Below are positions 26,621 through 34,092 of a stretch of DNA of 34,323 nt, piece by piece. A program made the translations under genes and the position numbers. Positions within the stretch are counted from its first letter, which is position 1, and each line of letters opens with the position of its first letter. The notes beneath the pieces are model-generated. The model made no database searches. It was not told where the DNA came from and was given only the letters and a program-made list of their open reading frames with translations. The stretch is from a virus (lineage: Duplodnaviria; Caudoviricetes), in IMG/VR virus record IMGVR_UViG_3300048852_000022, positions 1 to 34,323 of that record. The stretch is one strand, 5' to 3'.

Positions 26621-27394
26621 TTAAAGGAGGCCCTGATTGACGAGGTCGAACACGTCTTCGGCGGTCCTCATTTTCATCCTTAGAGAAGCAAGAGCATTTT
26701 TAGCCCCAACCGGCAAGGGAACGGTGTCGCCATTCGAAGGATCCACCACAGCCAATAGACCCGTCATGGTCATGATGCGAGCTAGATACTCTTCGGGGTC
26801 CATTTTCAGATGGTGGACGATTGCGCGCTCGTTGAACTCAAAGAAGAGTGTAGGTCTGTGCTTTAGAAGAGTCTTGTGAGCGCCTTCGATCGCAAACATT
26901 TCATATCCTTCGATGTCGATCTTGATGAAGTCGACGAACGGCAGCATGTGAAATTCGGAAAAGGCATCAATACTCGTCATCTTCGCGTCGATACCGTCGT
27001 TAGACTGCGAGACGTGATTTTGTGCTGAAGCGGTGTCGCTGGTCGCAAACTTTACGGTTCCGACGGTTTTGCCAACCGCGAGAGGTTGAAGGGAAATTTG
27101 TTTCCAGCCCGAGGCTCTGGAAACATTCTCTTTCATGTGCTCATAGGCAGTCGGTGTAGGCTCAAACCCGATGACCTTGCTGCCCGGACAGATTTCGGCA
27201 ATCAACAGGGTGCTGAGACCGATGTTCGCGCCAATATCTAGAGATATGTGAATGTCCTTGAAACTGACGAGGCGGTACAGGTAATTCGCCAGGCCCCCAA
27301 GGTCATGATCTGGCAGAGTTTTGAAATAACTATCGTCCGGGTTTCCCTGAATCTCATAGGTGGTCCTGAATCCCCGAAACGACTTCAAATTCAT
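26621..27394 (-). CDS. FkbM-family SAM-dependent methyltransferase
   Basis: Motifs LDIGANIGL, VIGFEP, LAVG and VDFIKIDIEGYE..AIEGA..TL..HRP.LFFEFN. Confidence 0.93.
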   Translation of the reverse strand: MNLKSFRGFRTTYEIQGNPDDSYFKTLPDHDLGGLANYLYRLVSFKDIHISLDIGANIGLSTLLIAEICPGSKVIGFEPTPTAYEHMKENVSRASGWKQISLQPLAVGKTVGTVKFATSDTASAQNHVSQSNDGIDAKMTSIDAFSEFHMLPFVDFIKIDIEGYEMFAIEGAHKTLLKHRPTLFFEFNERAIVHHLKMDPEEYLARIMTMTGLLAVVDPSNGDTVPLPVGAKNALASLRMKMRTAEDVFDLVNQGLL

Positions 27395-27433
27395 TTGTGG
27401 CTGTCTCGCTTACCCTAATTTATGGGCGGTGAC

Positions 27434-27490
27434 CCTACACATTCCGTCTGATTAGTCCAGCATCGCCTCGCCCTCGATCGGGATTTTCCT
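27434..27490. repeat. Direct repeat copy 1 (29-bp core plus a diverged extension)
   Basis: CCTACACATTCCGTCTGATTAGTCCAGCA (27434-27462) matches 28705-28733 at 28 of 29 positions. Confidence 0.9.
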
Positions 27491-28487
27491 TCCGTAGTGT
27501 CGCGCCGATGTTGTCGAAGATAGCCGTGAAGTTCTTCTGGTTGAATGGATATAGCGCCGGCTCAATGGGGGAACCGAGCGGTTCTAAAATGATTGAGCCA
27601 CGGTCTACCTCGATAGATGCTGAGGTACGGTCCTCGGTCGAGATGATGAGGAGGTCAAGAGTTCGCGGGTTAAAACATCTGACGAACGCTTCGTAGAGCC
27701 GAAGGGCCACACGGTCATCAGAGTATACATGCGGCTCATGCCTGACCATCAGAACATCAGCGTCGCGCGTGGTGTCCCTGAACCGGTTGAGAATGAATTG
27801 TGTCTTCTGCTGCGCGTTCTCTATCTGTGACGCCAGATCGTCTATGACTGGAGCCGCTGCGTGGTAGCCGTCACCGTTTCCTTGGTCTCCTTCGCGCTTG
27901 AAGTCGTGGTGATGGCGAAGCCCATAGTGCCTGCAGCGGACGGTTTCTCGCGGATAAACTCCATCAAGAATTTCTAAGTTCTCCAGCCGCATAATATTCT
28001 CGAAATCGTCTTCGAGCACTTTAACGGTCGCGTCGTAATCCGAAATCCACCAATCGAAGGGCGTTGCCTTCGTGGTTCGGTAATATTCGCGGATATTGAA
28101 CGCGGGCCCGCACCAACTGCCAAGACTCGCAATTACGTCGTAATCTTTTCCCGTTCTGCCCGTCCCCTTGGGTGTGTTGCGGGAGGTTGGTTCCGGCGCT
28201 TGATTGGCCGGATGAGGCCGCTCGAAAAAGCGTGACAGAAGGCTCTTCGGTTTTGCCTTTTCGCGAAGACGCACTGAGGCATTTCTCAGCCGCTCTTGTA
28301 ACTCTCTCTTCGCTTTCCTGTATTCAGAAATCGTCTCGCGACTTTTCTGGAGTTGGCTGGCCAAGTCAGCAATCTTATGTTCGAGCGCGCGCCGGGTCTC
28401 TTCGTGCAGTATCGTCTGTCTCACGCTTTCTGCTTGAAGGTCTTTTATCTGCTGCACGAGTGGATGATCGGGGCTGCCGAGATGCAT
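27435..28487 (-). CDS. DUF1796 (putative papain-like peptidase family) protein with N-terminal coiled coil
   Basis: Motifs IASLGSWCGPAFNI, TPFDWW, HHHDF and RFR......LMVR. The first ~80 aa form a heptad-rich helix. Confidence 0.8.
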   Translation of the reverse strand: MHLGSPDHPLVQQIKDLQAESVRQTILHEETRRALEHKIADLASQLQKSRETISEYRKAKRELQERLRNASVRLREKAKPKSLLSRFFERPHPANQAPEPTSRNTPKGTGRTGKDYDVIASLGSWCGPAFNIREYYRTTKATPFDWWISDYDATVKVLEDDFENIMRLENLEILDGVYPRETVRCRHYGLRHHHDFKREGDQGNGDGYHAAAPVIDDLASQIENAQQKTQFILNRFRDTTRDADVLMVRHEPHVYSDDRVALRLYEAFVRCFNPRTLDLLIISTEDRTSASIEVDRGSIILEPLGSPIEPALYPFNQKNFTAIFDNIGATLRKENPDRGRGDAGLIRRNV

Positions 28488-28489
28488 TG

Positions 28490-28678
28490 TTACCTGCTGC
28501 CGGAGCGATAGTTATTAACTGCTTCGAGCGCAGCGGTCGCCAACCTCAAGACATCTTCCTGCTCCCATGTCTTCGCGGCTTCCCACGAGCGATTGGGGCG
28601 AAGTTCGCGTGCGCACTTGGTTTCCCATATCGCGTGGGCGACGTGAGCGAGTTCTTTCCTATTAACTTCTTCGGACAT
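28490..28678 (-). CDS. Small hypothetical protein (62 aa), first gene of the minus-strand cassette
   Basis: Strong RBS AAGGAGAGG; its stop lies 2 nt before the DUF1796 start. Confidence 0.7.
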   Translation of the reverse strand: MSEEVNRKELAHVAHAIWETKCARELRPNRSWEAAKTWEQEDVLRLATAALEAVNNYRSGSR

Positions 28679-28704
28679 TGCAGCCTCTCCTTGAGATGCC
28701 CGAA

Positions 28705-28762
28705 CCTACACATTCCGGCTGATTAGTCCAGCAGAGCCCCCGTCATCGAGCGTGGTTTTTCT
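28705..28762. repeat. Direct repeat copy 2
   Basis: CCTACACATTCCGGCTGATTAGTCCAGCA (28705-28733), with continued weaker similarity (...TCGAGCGTGGTTTTTCT versus ...TCGATCGGGATTTTCCT). Confidence 0.9.
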
Positions 28763-28867
28763 CTTTCCAGCAACAAGGTGAACCATTGCGGGTTGTGCCC
28801 GCTATTCCAGGTTGATCAGAAGCGGGAAATTACCTATGAGTTCAAACTTCAACTCATGGGGGTATAG

Positions 28868-29683
28868 ATGGGCGTTACATTGAAAGTCGGATCCGGTTAC
28901 GGGCTCGATATGTCGAACTATGACTTTGATTTTTCTGATTTGCCTGACGCTACGATCACGACGCATAACAGCACAACTATCGCGGGGTATGTTGATGGCG
29001 CAAAGGTTGTAATTAGGGGCAGCGGTTTCACTTACGGAGAGTATGGACCGACCGGCGGTGAGGTGCATAGCATCAGCGAGACCTACGGAGGTGCTACAGT
29101 TGTCTCGGCTACCGGACTCAAGCTTTCCGTGAAGAGCATTGTCAAGGTCGTCGAGTCGGGCAGCATTGTTTCCGCCAAGGCTCTGGTCAAATCGGCTCTT
29201 TCGGGCGCCGATAAATTGTCCGGCGGCAATTATGAAGATGTCCTGTTCGGTTATGACGGCAGGGACATCCTCGTAGGGAACCGCGGTGCCGACAAGCTCG
29301 ATGGTGGAAACGGCGACGACAATCTCACCGGAGGAATTGGGGCGGATCGGCTGTTTGGCGGATTAGGCAAGGATACTTTCGTTTTCGCCTCAGCGAACGA
29401 TTCAAATGACCGGCTCGGCATTGACACAATCTTTGACTTCTCGCGCGTTTCTGGCGACCGGATTGACCTTACCCGCATCGACGCTGACGCTACCGTAAGC
29501 GGCAACCAGGCTTTCACGTATATTGGGTCTAAGGCATTCTCAGGTACGAGCGGAGAGCTTCGGGTCGAAAAGTTGGCATCCGACACCTACGTCTACGGTG
29601 ACACCAACGGTGACGGCGCGGCTGACTTCAAGGTCCATCTGGACGACGCTGTAATTCTCACGAAAGGTTACTTCGTCCTCTGA
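28868..29683 (+). CDS. RTX (hemolysin-type) calcium-binding protein with serralysin-like C-terminal domain
   Basis: Tandem GGxGxD nonamers (GGNGDDNLTGGIGADRLFGGLGKDTFVF) and DTIFDF...GDRIDL..IDA.....GNQAFT.IG..AFSG..GELR. No HExxH motif. Confidence 0.9.
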   Translation: MGVTLKVGSGYGLDMSNYDFDFSDLPDATITTHNSTTIAGYVDGAKVVIRGSGFTYGEYGPTGGEVHSISETYGGATVVSATGLKLSVKSIVKVVESGSIVSAKALVKSALSGADKLSGGNYEDVLFGYDGRDILVGNRGADKLDGGNGDDNLTGGIGADRLFGGLGKDTFVFASANDSNDRLGIDTIFDFSRVSGDRIDLTRIDADATVSGNQAFTYIGSKAFSGTSGELRVEKLASDTYVYGDTNGDGAADFKVHLDDAVILTKGYFVL

Positions 29684-29704
29684 GCGCCTTCAATCCCGCC
29701 ACTG

Positions 29705-29727
29705 AGGCTCGCTTCGGCGGGCCTTTA
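29705..29727 (+). terminator. Terminator-like hairpin after the RTX gene
   Basis: AGGCTCGC-TTCG-GCGGGCCT followed by TTA. Confidence 0.6.
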
Positions 29728-29799
29728 GGGTTCGGTGAAGACCAACCATGAACGAAAGGTCTCCGAACAGCGTTTCCCGAAACGCAGATGGAGGCCATC

Positions 29800-29904
29800 A
29801 TGAACCACGACCTTGAGCGGTATATGATGAAAGAGCTGATCGCCATCATGGCGGGACTCGCCGTCGGTTCCGCGATACCCCTGGCAGTAATCATCGCCTC
29901 ATAG
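29800..29904 (+). CDS. 34-aa hydrophobic peptide, not in the ORF track
   Basis: GGAGG RBS; MNHDLERYMMKELIAIMAGLAVGSAIPLAVIIAS*; followed by an 11-bp stem (29902-29936). Confidence 0.5.
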   Translation: MNHDLERYMMKELIAIMAGLAVGSAIPLAVIIAS

Positions 29905-30068
29905 ACCCGCGATCCGGGCGGGGAGTCGCGGGTCTAACCGCAGCCATGTTTACAAGGCCTAGCATGCGGCGCTTGGAAGATCGCCGCGGCGTCTTGTGCC
30001 AAGCTTGACCAGCCAGCTTCGGCGGGATTTTTCTTGCCAATAGCGCACGCACTTCCCCTAAACAGGTC

Positions 30069-30395
30069 CTAGCACCACCGATCGCTCGTCTCTCCTTCCA
30101 GCATAGCGACCGCATCGGCTTCGATGCCGCGGCAGATCCCTTGATATTCCGCCAACAGTTCCTCACGGCACGGGACCTCCTTGCGGAGCTCGTCGACCAT
30201 CAACGCCGTGACCTCATAGACTCTGCAAAGGCTTTGAAAAGCCGGTCTGTGGGTGCTCGGGATTTTGTCGCGATGACAGGGTAGGGCGAGCATAAGACGT
30301 GCTCTGCCAGCTTTGATCAAGGCGACCCCTGAGTTTATCTGGTCGCGCAGCATATCGGACTCGTCCGGATGCTCGTCTGCTTCATTGCCGTCCAT
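30069..30395 (-). CDS. Hypothetical helical protein (start could be 30440)
   Basis: Protein-like ORF (AGRARLMLALP...FQSLCRVYE...EYQGICRGIE) with GGGA before ATG 30395. Confidence 0.6.
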   Translation of the reverse strand: MDGNEADEHPDESDMLRDQINSGVALIKAGRARLMLALPCHRDKIPSTHRPAFQSLCRVYEVTALMVDELRKEVPCREELLAEYQGICRGIEADAVAMLEGETSDRWC

Positions 30396-30648
30396 GAGTA
30401 GTCCCAATCCGCGAGTGCATCGGCCTTCGATACCGCTCATCTAACCTTTTCAAAATAGCAAATCAGGGCGGCTGCTCGAACGCCTGCGTCAGGCTCTGCT
30501 CGGGCGAGGCCCGTCGCTGGAGGCAGGCGCCAGGCCTCTAACCGCCCCGTCCGCCGTCGGAACGGCTAACGGAAGCTTAGCGCCGGACGATTGCTCAACG
30601 CCATTAGCCTTTCCGTCGTAACCCCACATTCATAATCAGGAGAAACGA

Positions 30649-31617
30649 ATGAGCGCCATCACCGCTCAGCACGTTCGCGCTGCCGCAAAGGGCAGGGTGA
30701 ACGAGAGCAACCTCGCGTCCGTGCTTGTGGCGCTGGACAGATACGGCGACCGCTTTGGCATGGATCGGCCGCATCGGCTCGCGCAGTATTTCGCCCAGCT
30801 CATGCATGAGAGCGGCGACTTCCGCTATGACCGCGAGATCTGGGGCCCGACACCGGCGCAGCAGCGCTACGACACCCGCACCGATCTCGGCAACACGCCG
30901 GAGAAGGATGGCGACGGTTATCTCTACCGCGGCCGCACCGGGATGCAGCTCACTGGCAAGGACAACTATCGCCAGTTCCGCAACTGGTGCCGCGCCGCCG
31001 GCCTCGACTGCCCGGACTTCGTCAAGGATCCGGACGCGGTCAACACCGACCCTTGGGAAGGCCTGGTGCCCTTGTTCTATTGGGATACGCGCGACCTCAA
31101 CCGCTGGGCCGACGAAGGCGACGCCGAGACGATAACGAAGAAGATCAACGGCGGCAAGAATGGTTTGGCCGACCGGTTTGACCGGCTCGCGCGGGTCTCG
31201 CTCGTTCTACTCGGCTACCGTGCCGACAACGTCCTTCAGTTCCAGGCTGACCAACGGCTGCAGGTCGACGGCGATGTCGGGCCGAAAACGCGCGCTGCGA
31301 TGCATACGGCGCTTGTGGCGCTCACGCCGGGCGAGGCTGCACGGCCGGAGGTCAAGGCGGCGCCGGTGACCGAGGAGAAGCCGGTACCGGTACCGGTCAC
31401 CCCTCCCAGCCTTGATGCGCCGTGGTGGAAATCGAAAGAGGTCATCACCCCGTCGGTGATTGGTGGCGGCGCTTCACTGCTTACCGCGATCGGCGGCATA
31501 CCGTGGCAGAACCTCCTCCTCATCCTCGTCGCGTTCGGAGGCATTGCCGGCTTTCTCTACTGGCGCAAGAACGCCGATCGGAAGGCCGTCGCAAAACAGG
31601 TCGAGGGGATGGCGTGA
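30649..31617 (+). CDS. Endolysin, glycoside hydrolase family 19, with peptidoglycan-binding motif and C-terminal hydrophobic helices
   Basis: AQ..HESG, LGN....DG..YRGR..MQLTGKDNY, ITKKINGG.NGLADR and FQ....LQVDGDVGPKTRAA; RBS AGGAG. Confidence 0.92.
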   Translation: MSAITAQHVRAAAKGRVNESNLASVLVALDRYGDRFGMDRPHRLAQYFAQLMHESGDFRYDREIWGPTPAQQRYDTRTDLGNTPEKDGDGYLYRGRTGMQLTGKDNYRQFRNWCRAAGLDCPDFVKDPDAVNTDPWEGLVPLFYWDTRDLNRWADEGDAETITKKINGGKNGLADRFDRLARVSLVLLGYRADNVLQFQADQRLQVDGDVGPKTRAAMHTALVALTPGEAARPEVKAAPVTEEKPVPVPVTPPSLDAPWWKSKEVITPSVIGGGASLLTAIGGIPWQNLLLILVAFGGIAGFLYWRKNADRKAVAKQVEGMA

Positions 31618-31853
31618 TGCTTTCCAGCCCTCGGATCATCGCGGCAGTCGCCACTCTTTCCATCGTCGCGATCGTCCTTGCTTGGATCTACCGGCAGGGC
31701 GGCGACGACGTCAGAACCTCCATCGAAAGGCAGAACAATGAAGCTGGCCGCACTGCGGACGATGTCCGCTCTCGCTTTGACCTTTGTCCTCCAGGGATGT
31801 GGGACTTCGGCGCTGGCAAGTGCCGACGGTCTCCGCCGCGTGGTGGGAACTGA
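31617..31853 (+). CDS. Rz-like inner-membrane spanin
   Basis: TGATG coupling; N-terminal TM (IIAAVATLSIVAIVLAWIY) followed by a short helical region; overlapped by a lipoprotein gene. Confidence 0.6.
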   Translation: MLSSPRIIAAVATLSIVAIVLAWIYRQGGDDVRTSIERQNNEAGRTADDVRSRFDLCPPGMWDFGAGKCRRSPPRGGN

Positions 31854-31980
31854 TCTGATCGGCGCGCGCGGCGCGACGCCGGCAGATCAGCGGAAGATAG
31901 ATCGGACCGTCGTCGGCATCTGCGCCGCTTCGGTCTGGACGAAGGCGGAATGCGCCCGCCACGGCGAAGCGCAGCAGTAA
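31738..31980 (+). CDS. Rz1-like lipoprotein (o-spanin)
   Basis: Starts inside the Rz-like gene in another frame; signal MKLAALRTMSALALTFV with lipobox LQGC. Confidence 0.6.
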   Translation: MKLAALRTMSALALTFVLQGCGTSALASADGLRRVVGTDLIGARGATPADQRKIDRTVVGICAASVWTKAECARHGEAQQ

Positions 31981-32006
31981 ATCGCATCATTTACGAGGGT
32001 AGGGGA

Positions 32007-32399
32007 TTGGCTGAAACACAGGAAACCGAAAAGATGGTCGCAACTCCCAAATGGCGGTTCGAATATAACCTCAACACCCTGGTCATCCTGTTCGGCTTTG
32101 CCGGCGGCCTCATTGCGTGGGGCGCGACCTGGGAGAGGGTGAACGCCAATCAGGATTCACAGGCCAATTCCATCGATCGCCTCGACAAGCGGCTCACGGC
32201 GGCGGAGGTGTCCCTCCGGCAGATCGACAATCACGAGCTCCGGATCTCGGCGGTGGAGAAGCAGGCGGCCGAGGCGGCAACCTCAATGAAGGCCGTCGAG
32301 AGCACGTTGAACAATCTCAGCTCCGATATGCGTCTTGTCCGCGAGATCCTGCAGCGCCTCGAGGATGGTGGGAGGCAGGGGAGCCAGCTTCGGCGCTAA
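32007..32399 (+). CDS. Holin-like single-TM coiled-coil protein
   Basis: TTG after GAGGGTAGGGGA; TM TLVILFGFAGGLIAWG followed by a long coiled coil; last gene of the lysis cluster. Confidence 0.55.
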   Translation: MAETQETEKMVATPKWRFEYNLNTLVILFGFAGGLIAWGATWERVNANQDSQANSIDRLDKRLTAAEVSLRQIDNHELRISAVEKQAAEAATSMKAVESTLNNLSSDMRLVREILQRLEDGGRQGSQLRR

Positions 32400-32421
32400 T
32401 TCCGCGCGACCTTTTCCCATG

Positions 32422-32452
32422 AAAAAGCCCGCCGGCGAGGGCGGGCTAAAAA
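32422..32452 (-). terminator. Terminator of the BstA-like gene, between convergent genes
   Basis: AAAAAGCCCGCC-GGCGAG-GGCGGGCT gives a stem plus U-tract on the minus strand. Confidence 0.75.
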
Positions 32453-32467
32453 GGAAAGCGATCTGAC

Positions 32468-33382
32468 CTATTTCGCAATGGCCTTCGGCTTAAATGCCTC
32501 GATTGCCTTGGTGGCTACTGCCGGCTTCACTTTCCCCAGTTTGGCCTGTCCCTGCAGATAATCTGACAGATGGGCCTCAAGATAGGTTTTACGAAACCAC
32601 TTGCGGAACTCGCCGAGCGCTTCGTCCGGGTAGCAATACGGCGTTTGCGGGTTAGAAAGCGCCTGCGGGAAGTAGACCGGATACTCATGCAGGTACTGCT
32701 TCCTCTCACCGAACAAGACTTCGAGGCTTTCCGCTTTCCAATGCTTCGCCCAGCGCTGACCGACGCTGATATCAGGCACGATATGGGGGCCAACATCAAT
32801 CCCGGCATTGATCATGGGCACGATCATTCCGGCGATTTCTTGATAGATACTGAAGTAACCGGCAGGGACTGCGTTGGCTACCAGGCTTACGCGATCGTGG
32901 AACTGCTGCCACGCAAGGCTGACCTTTCCGTCCGGGTTGTATCCAACTTGCGCATAGACGAAATCGGTGAAGCCCTTCTTGGCAAGCGTTCGATAGCTCT
33001 TGATCGCGTGATCGTTACCGGACACTTCAAAAGCATAATATTCCAGAGCGGCCATGCAAACATGCGCGGGGACTGCGTGGTGAATGGTCCCGTTCTTCTT
33101 AACTGCATGGAAGAAGACGGTATCATCGAACCCTTGGGCCTTTATCAAGTCGCGGATCTTCTGTTCGCGACCTTTTGTCGGGATCTGGCCCCACTCGTCG
33201 GTCAGTTTCACAAGGGTGGAGATGGCTACGCCACACATCCTGGAGAGGCCACGCAATGTCAAAAACGGCGTGCCATCACCGAGGACACCCATTCCCACGC
33301 CGTCGATTTCGGCTTCGACGACGATCTCCAGATCGAAAGAGAGTTGGGAGGGGGTGATAGCCAAACTGGCTGAATCTGTCAT
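32468..33382 (-). CDS. bstA: BstA-like abortive-infection (anti-phage) protein
   Basis: About 304 aa. The N-terminal KilA-N-like segment EIDGVGMGVLGDGTPFLTLRGLSRMCGV and the motifs FHDRVSL, VPAGYFSI, VPDISVG..W.KHW and YP.YFPQA.SNPQ...CYP.EAL.EFR.W are what I recall from the BstA family; not verified by search. Confidence 0.72.
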   Translation of the reverse strand: MTDSASLAITPSQLSFDLEIVVEAEIDGVGMGVLGDGTPFLTLRGLSRMCGVAISTLVKLTDEWGQIPTKGREQKIRDLIKAQGFDDTVFFHAVKKNGTIHHAVPAHVCMAALEYYAFEVSGNDHAIKSYRTLAKKGFTDFVYAQVGYNPDGKVSLAWQQFHDRVSLVANAVPAGYFSIYQEIAGMIVPMINAGIDVGPHIVPDISVGQRWAKHWKAESLEVLFGERKQYLHEYPVYFPQALSNPQTPYCYPDEALGEFRKWFRKTYLEAHLSDYLQGQAKLGKVKPAVATKAIEAFKPKAIAK

Positions 33383-33423
33383 GTTTCTAAGCCTTTTCAA
33401 TGGGTTGAGGTGATGCCCAACAA

Positions 33424-33530
33424 GGCTAGAAATCTTCCCTAAGAAGCTTATCTTAGGGGTGCACAGAGTGTTCTAGCCAAGTTGCAGATCCACTCACGAA
33501 AGCCGCTTTCCTCGCCGGGGGCGGCTTTCG
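33424..33530. promoter_or_regulatory. Inverted-repeat cluster upstream of the BstA-like gene
   Basis: GGCTAGAA (33424)/TTCTAGCC (33471) encloses CCCTAAGA-AGCTTA-TCTTAGGG. A second hairpin CGAAAGCCGC...GCGGCTTTCG lies at 33497-33530. Confidence 0.55.
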
Positions 33531-33649
33531 CATTTGAATCTACTTAATCATAGCCTGTATCGATTTGGGAAACCAGTGGTGGTTGTAATCCTATCCCGCC
33601 TGATTTTTCCAAGGGCGCGTCGGCATCCATTCCTCATGGTCGAGCATGC

Positions 33650-33760
33650 AAGGTCGTCGAGAACACGCTCAACAGCCTTTCCATCGATACACGTGTGATG
33701 CGTGAGATCCTGCAGAGGATCGAGGCCAGCCAGCGCGACGGCGCGCAGCTCCGTCGCTGA
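33650..33760 (+). pseudogene. Orphan 3' fragment of a second allele of the holin-like gene
   Basis: Translates to KVVENTLNSLSIDTRVMREILQRIEASQRDGAQLRR*, 23/36 identical to the end of 32007..32399. No nearby in-frame start is evident. Confidence 0.85.
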
Positions 33761-33770
33761 TGGGCGCTCC

Positions 33771-34010
33771 TCAGATCTCGACAAATTCAGGCGGCGCGTG
33801 CCTCCCCGGAAGACGAGCCGTGAAGTCGATGTAAGGCACCGGCGTGCGAGTGTATGTGGTGAACGACCATGTTCCCGGCCTCAGTTCAATTTCGAACCCA
33901 CATTTCGCGGCGTTCTTAATGGCCGCATTGAAGGTGCGCATAGCCTCGGTCAGTTGGCGCTCGGCCTCCTGCTCTTCGGCGGTCTTCGGGAACAGATAAA
34001 TCTCGGCCAT
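33771..34010 (-). CDS. Hypothetical protein (79 aa)
   Basis: AAGGA RBS; MAEIYLFPK...LTEAMRTFNAAIKNAAKCGFEIEL. Confidence 0.65.
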   Translation of the reverse strand: MAEIYLFPKTAEEQEAERQLTEAMRTFNAAIKNAAKCGFEIELRPGTWSFTTYTRTPVPYIDFTARLPGRHAPPEFVEI

Positions 34011-34092
34011 GGGCTCGGTTCCTTGTAAGCAACTCGTTGGCGTAAGACTTCAGTCCTATTCCAAACCAGTTGTACGCTCTTATGTCACCGGA

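Noticed and set aside
25682-27394. DNA methyltransferases or a restriction-modification system
   Set aside because: The motifs are FkbM-type (D/E-IGA...K/H-x-D-I-E/Q-G-x-E). There are no DPPY/NPPY or PC catalytic motifs and no nuclease partner.
27434-28733. CRISPR array or att sites
   Set aside because: There are only two copies 1.27 kb apart with genes between them, and no cas or integrase gene in the window.
32570-33373. 267-aa + strand ORF
   Set aside because: It is the antisense shadow of the BstA-like gene.
33548-34028. ORFs 33548..33784 (-) and 33702..34028 (+)
   Set aside because: They overlap the holin remnant and the better-supported 33771..34010 gene, and they lack an RBS and protein-like composition.
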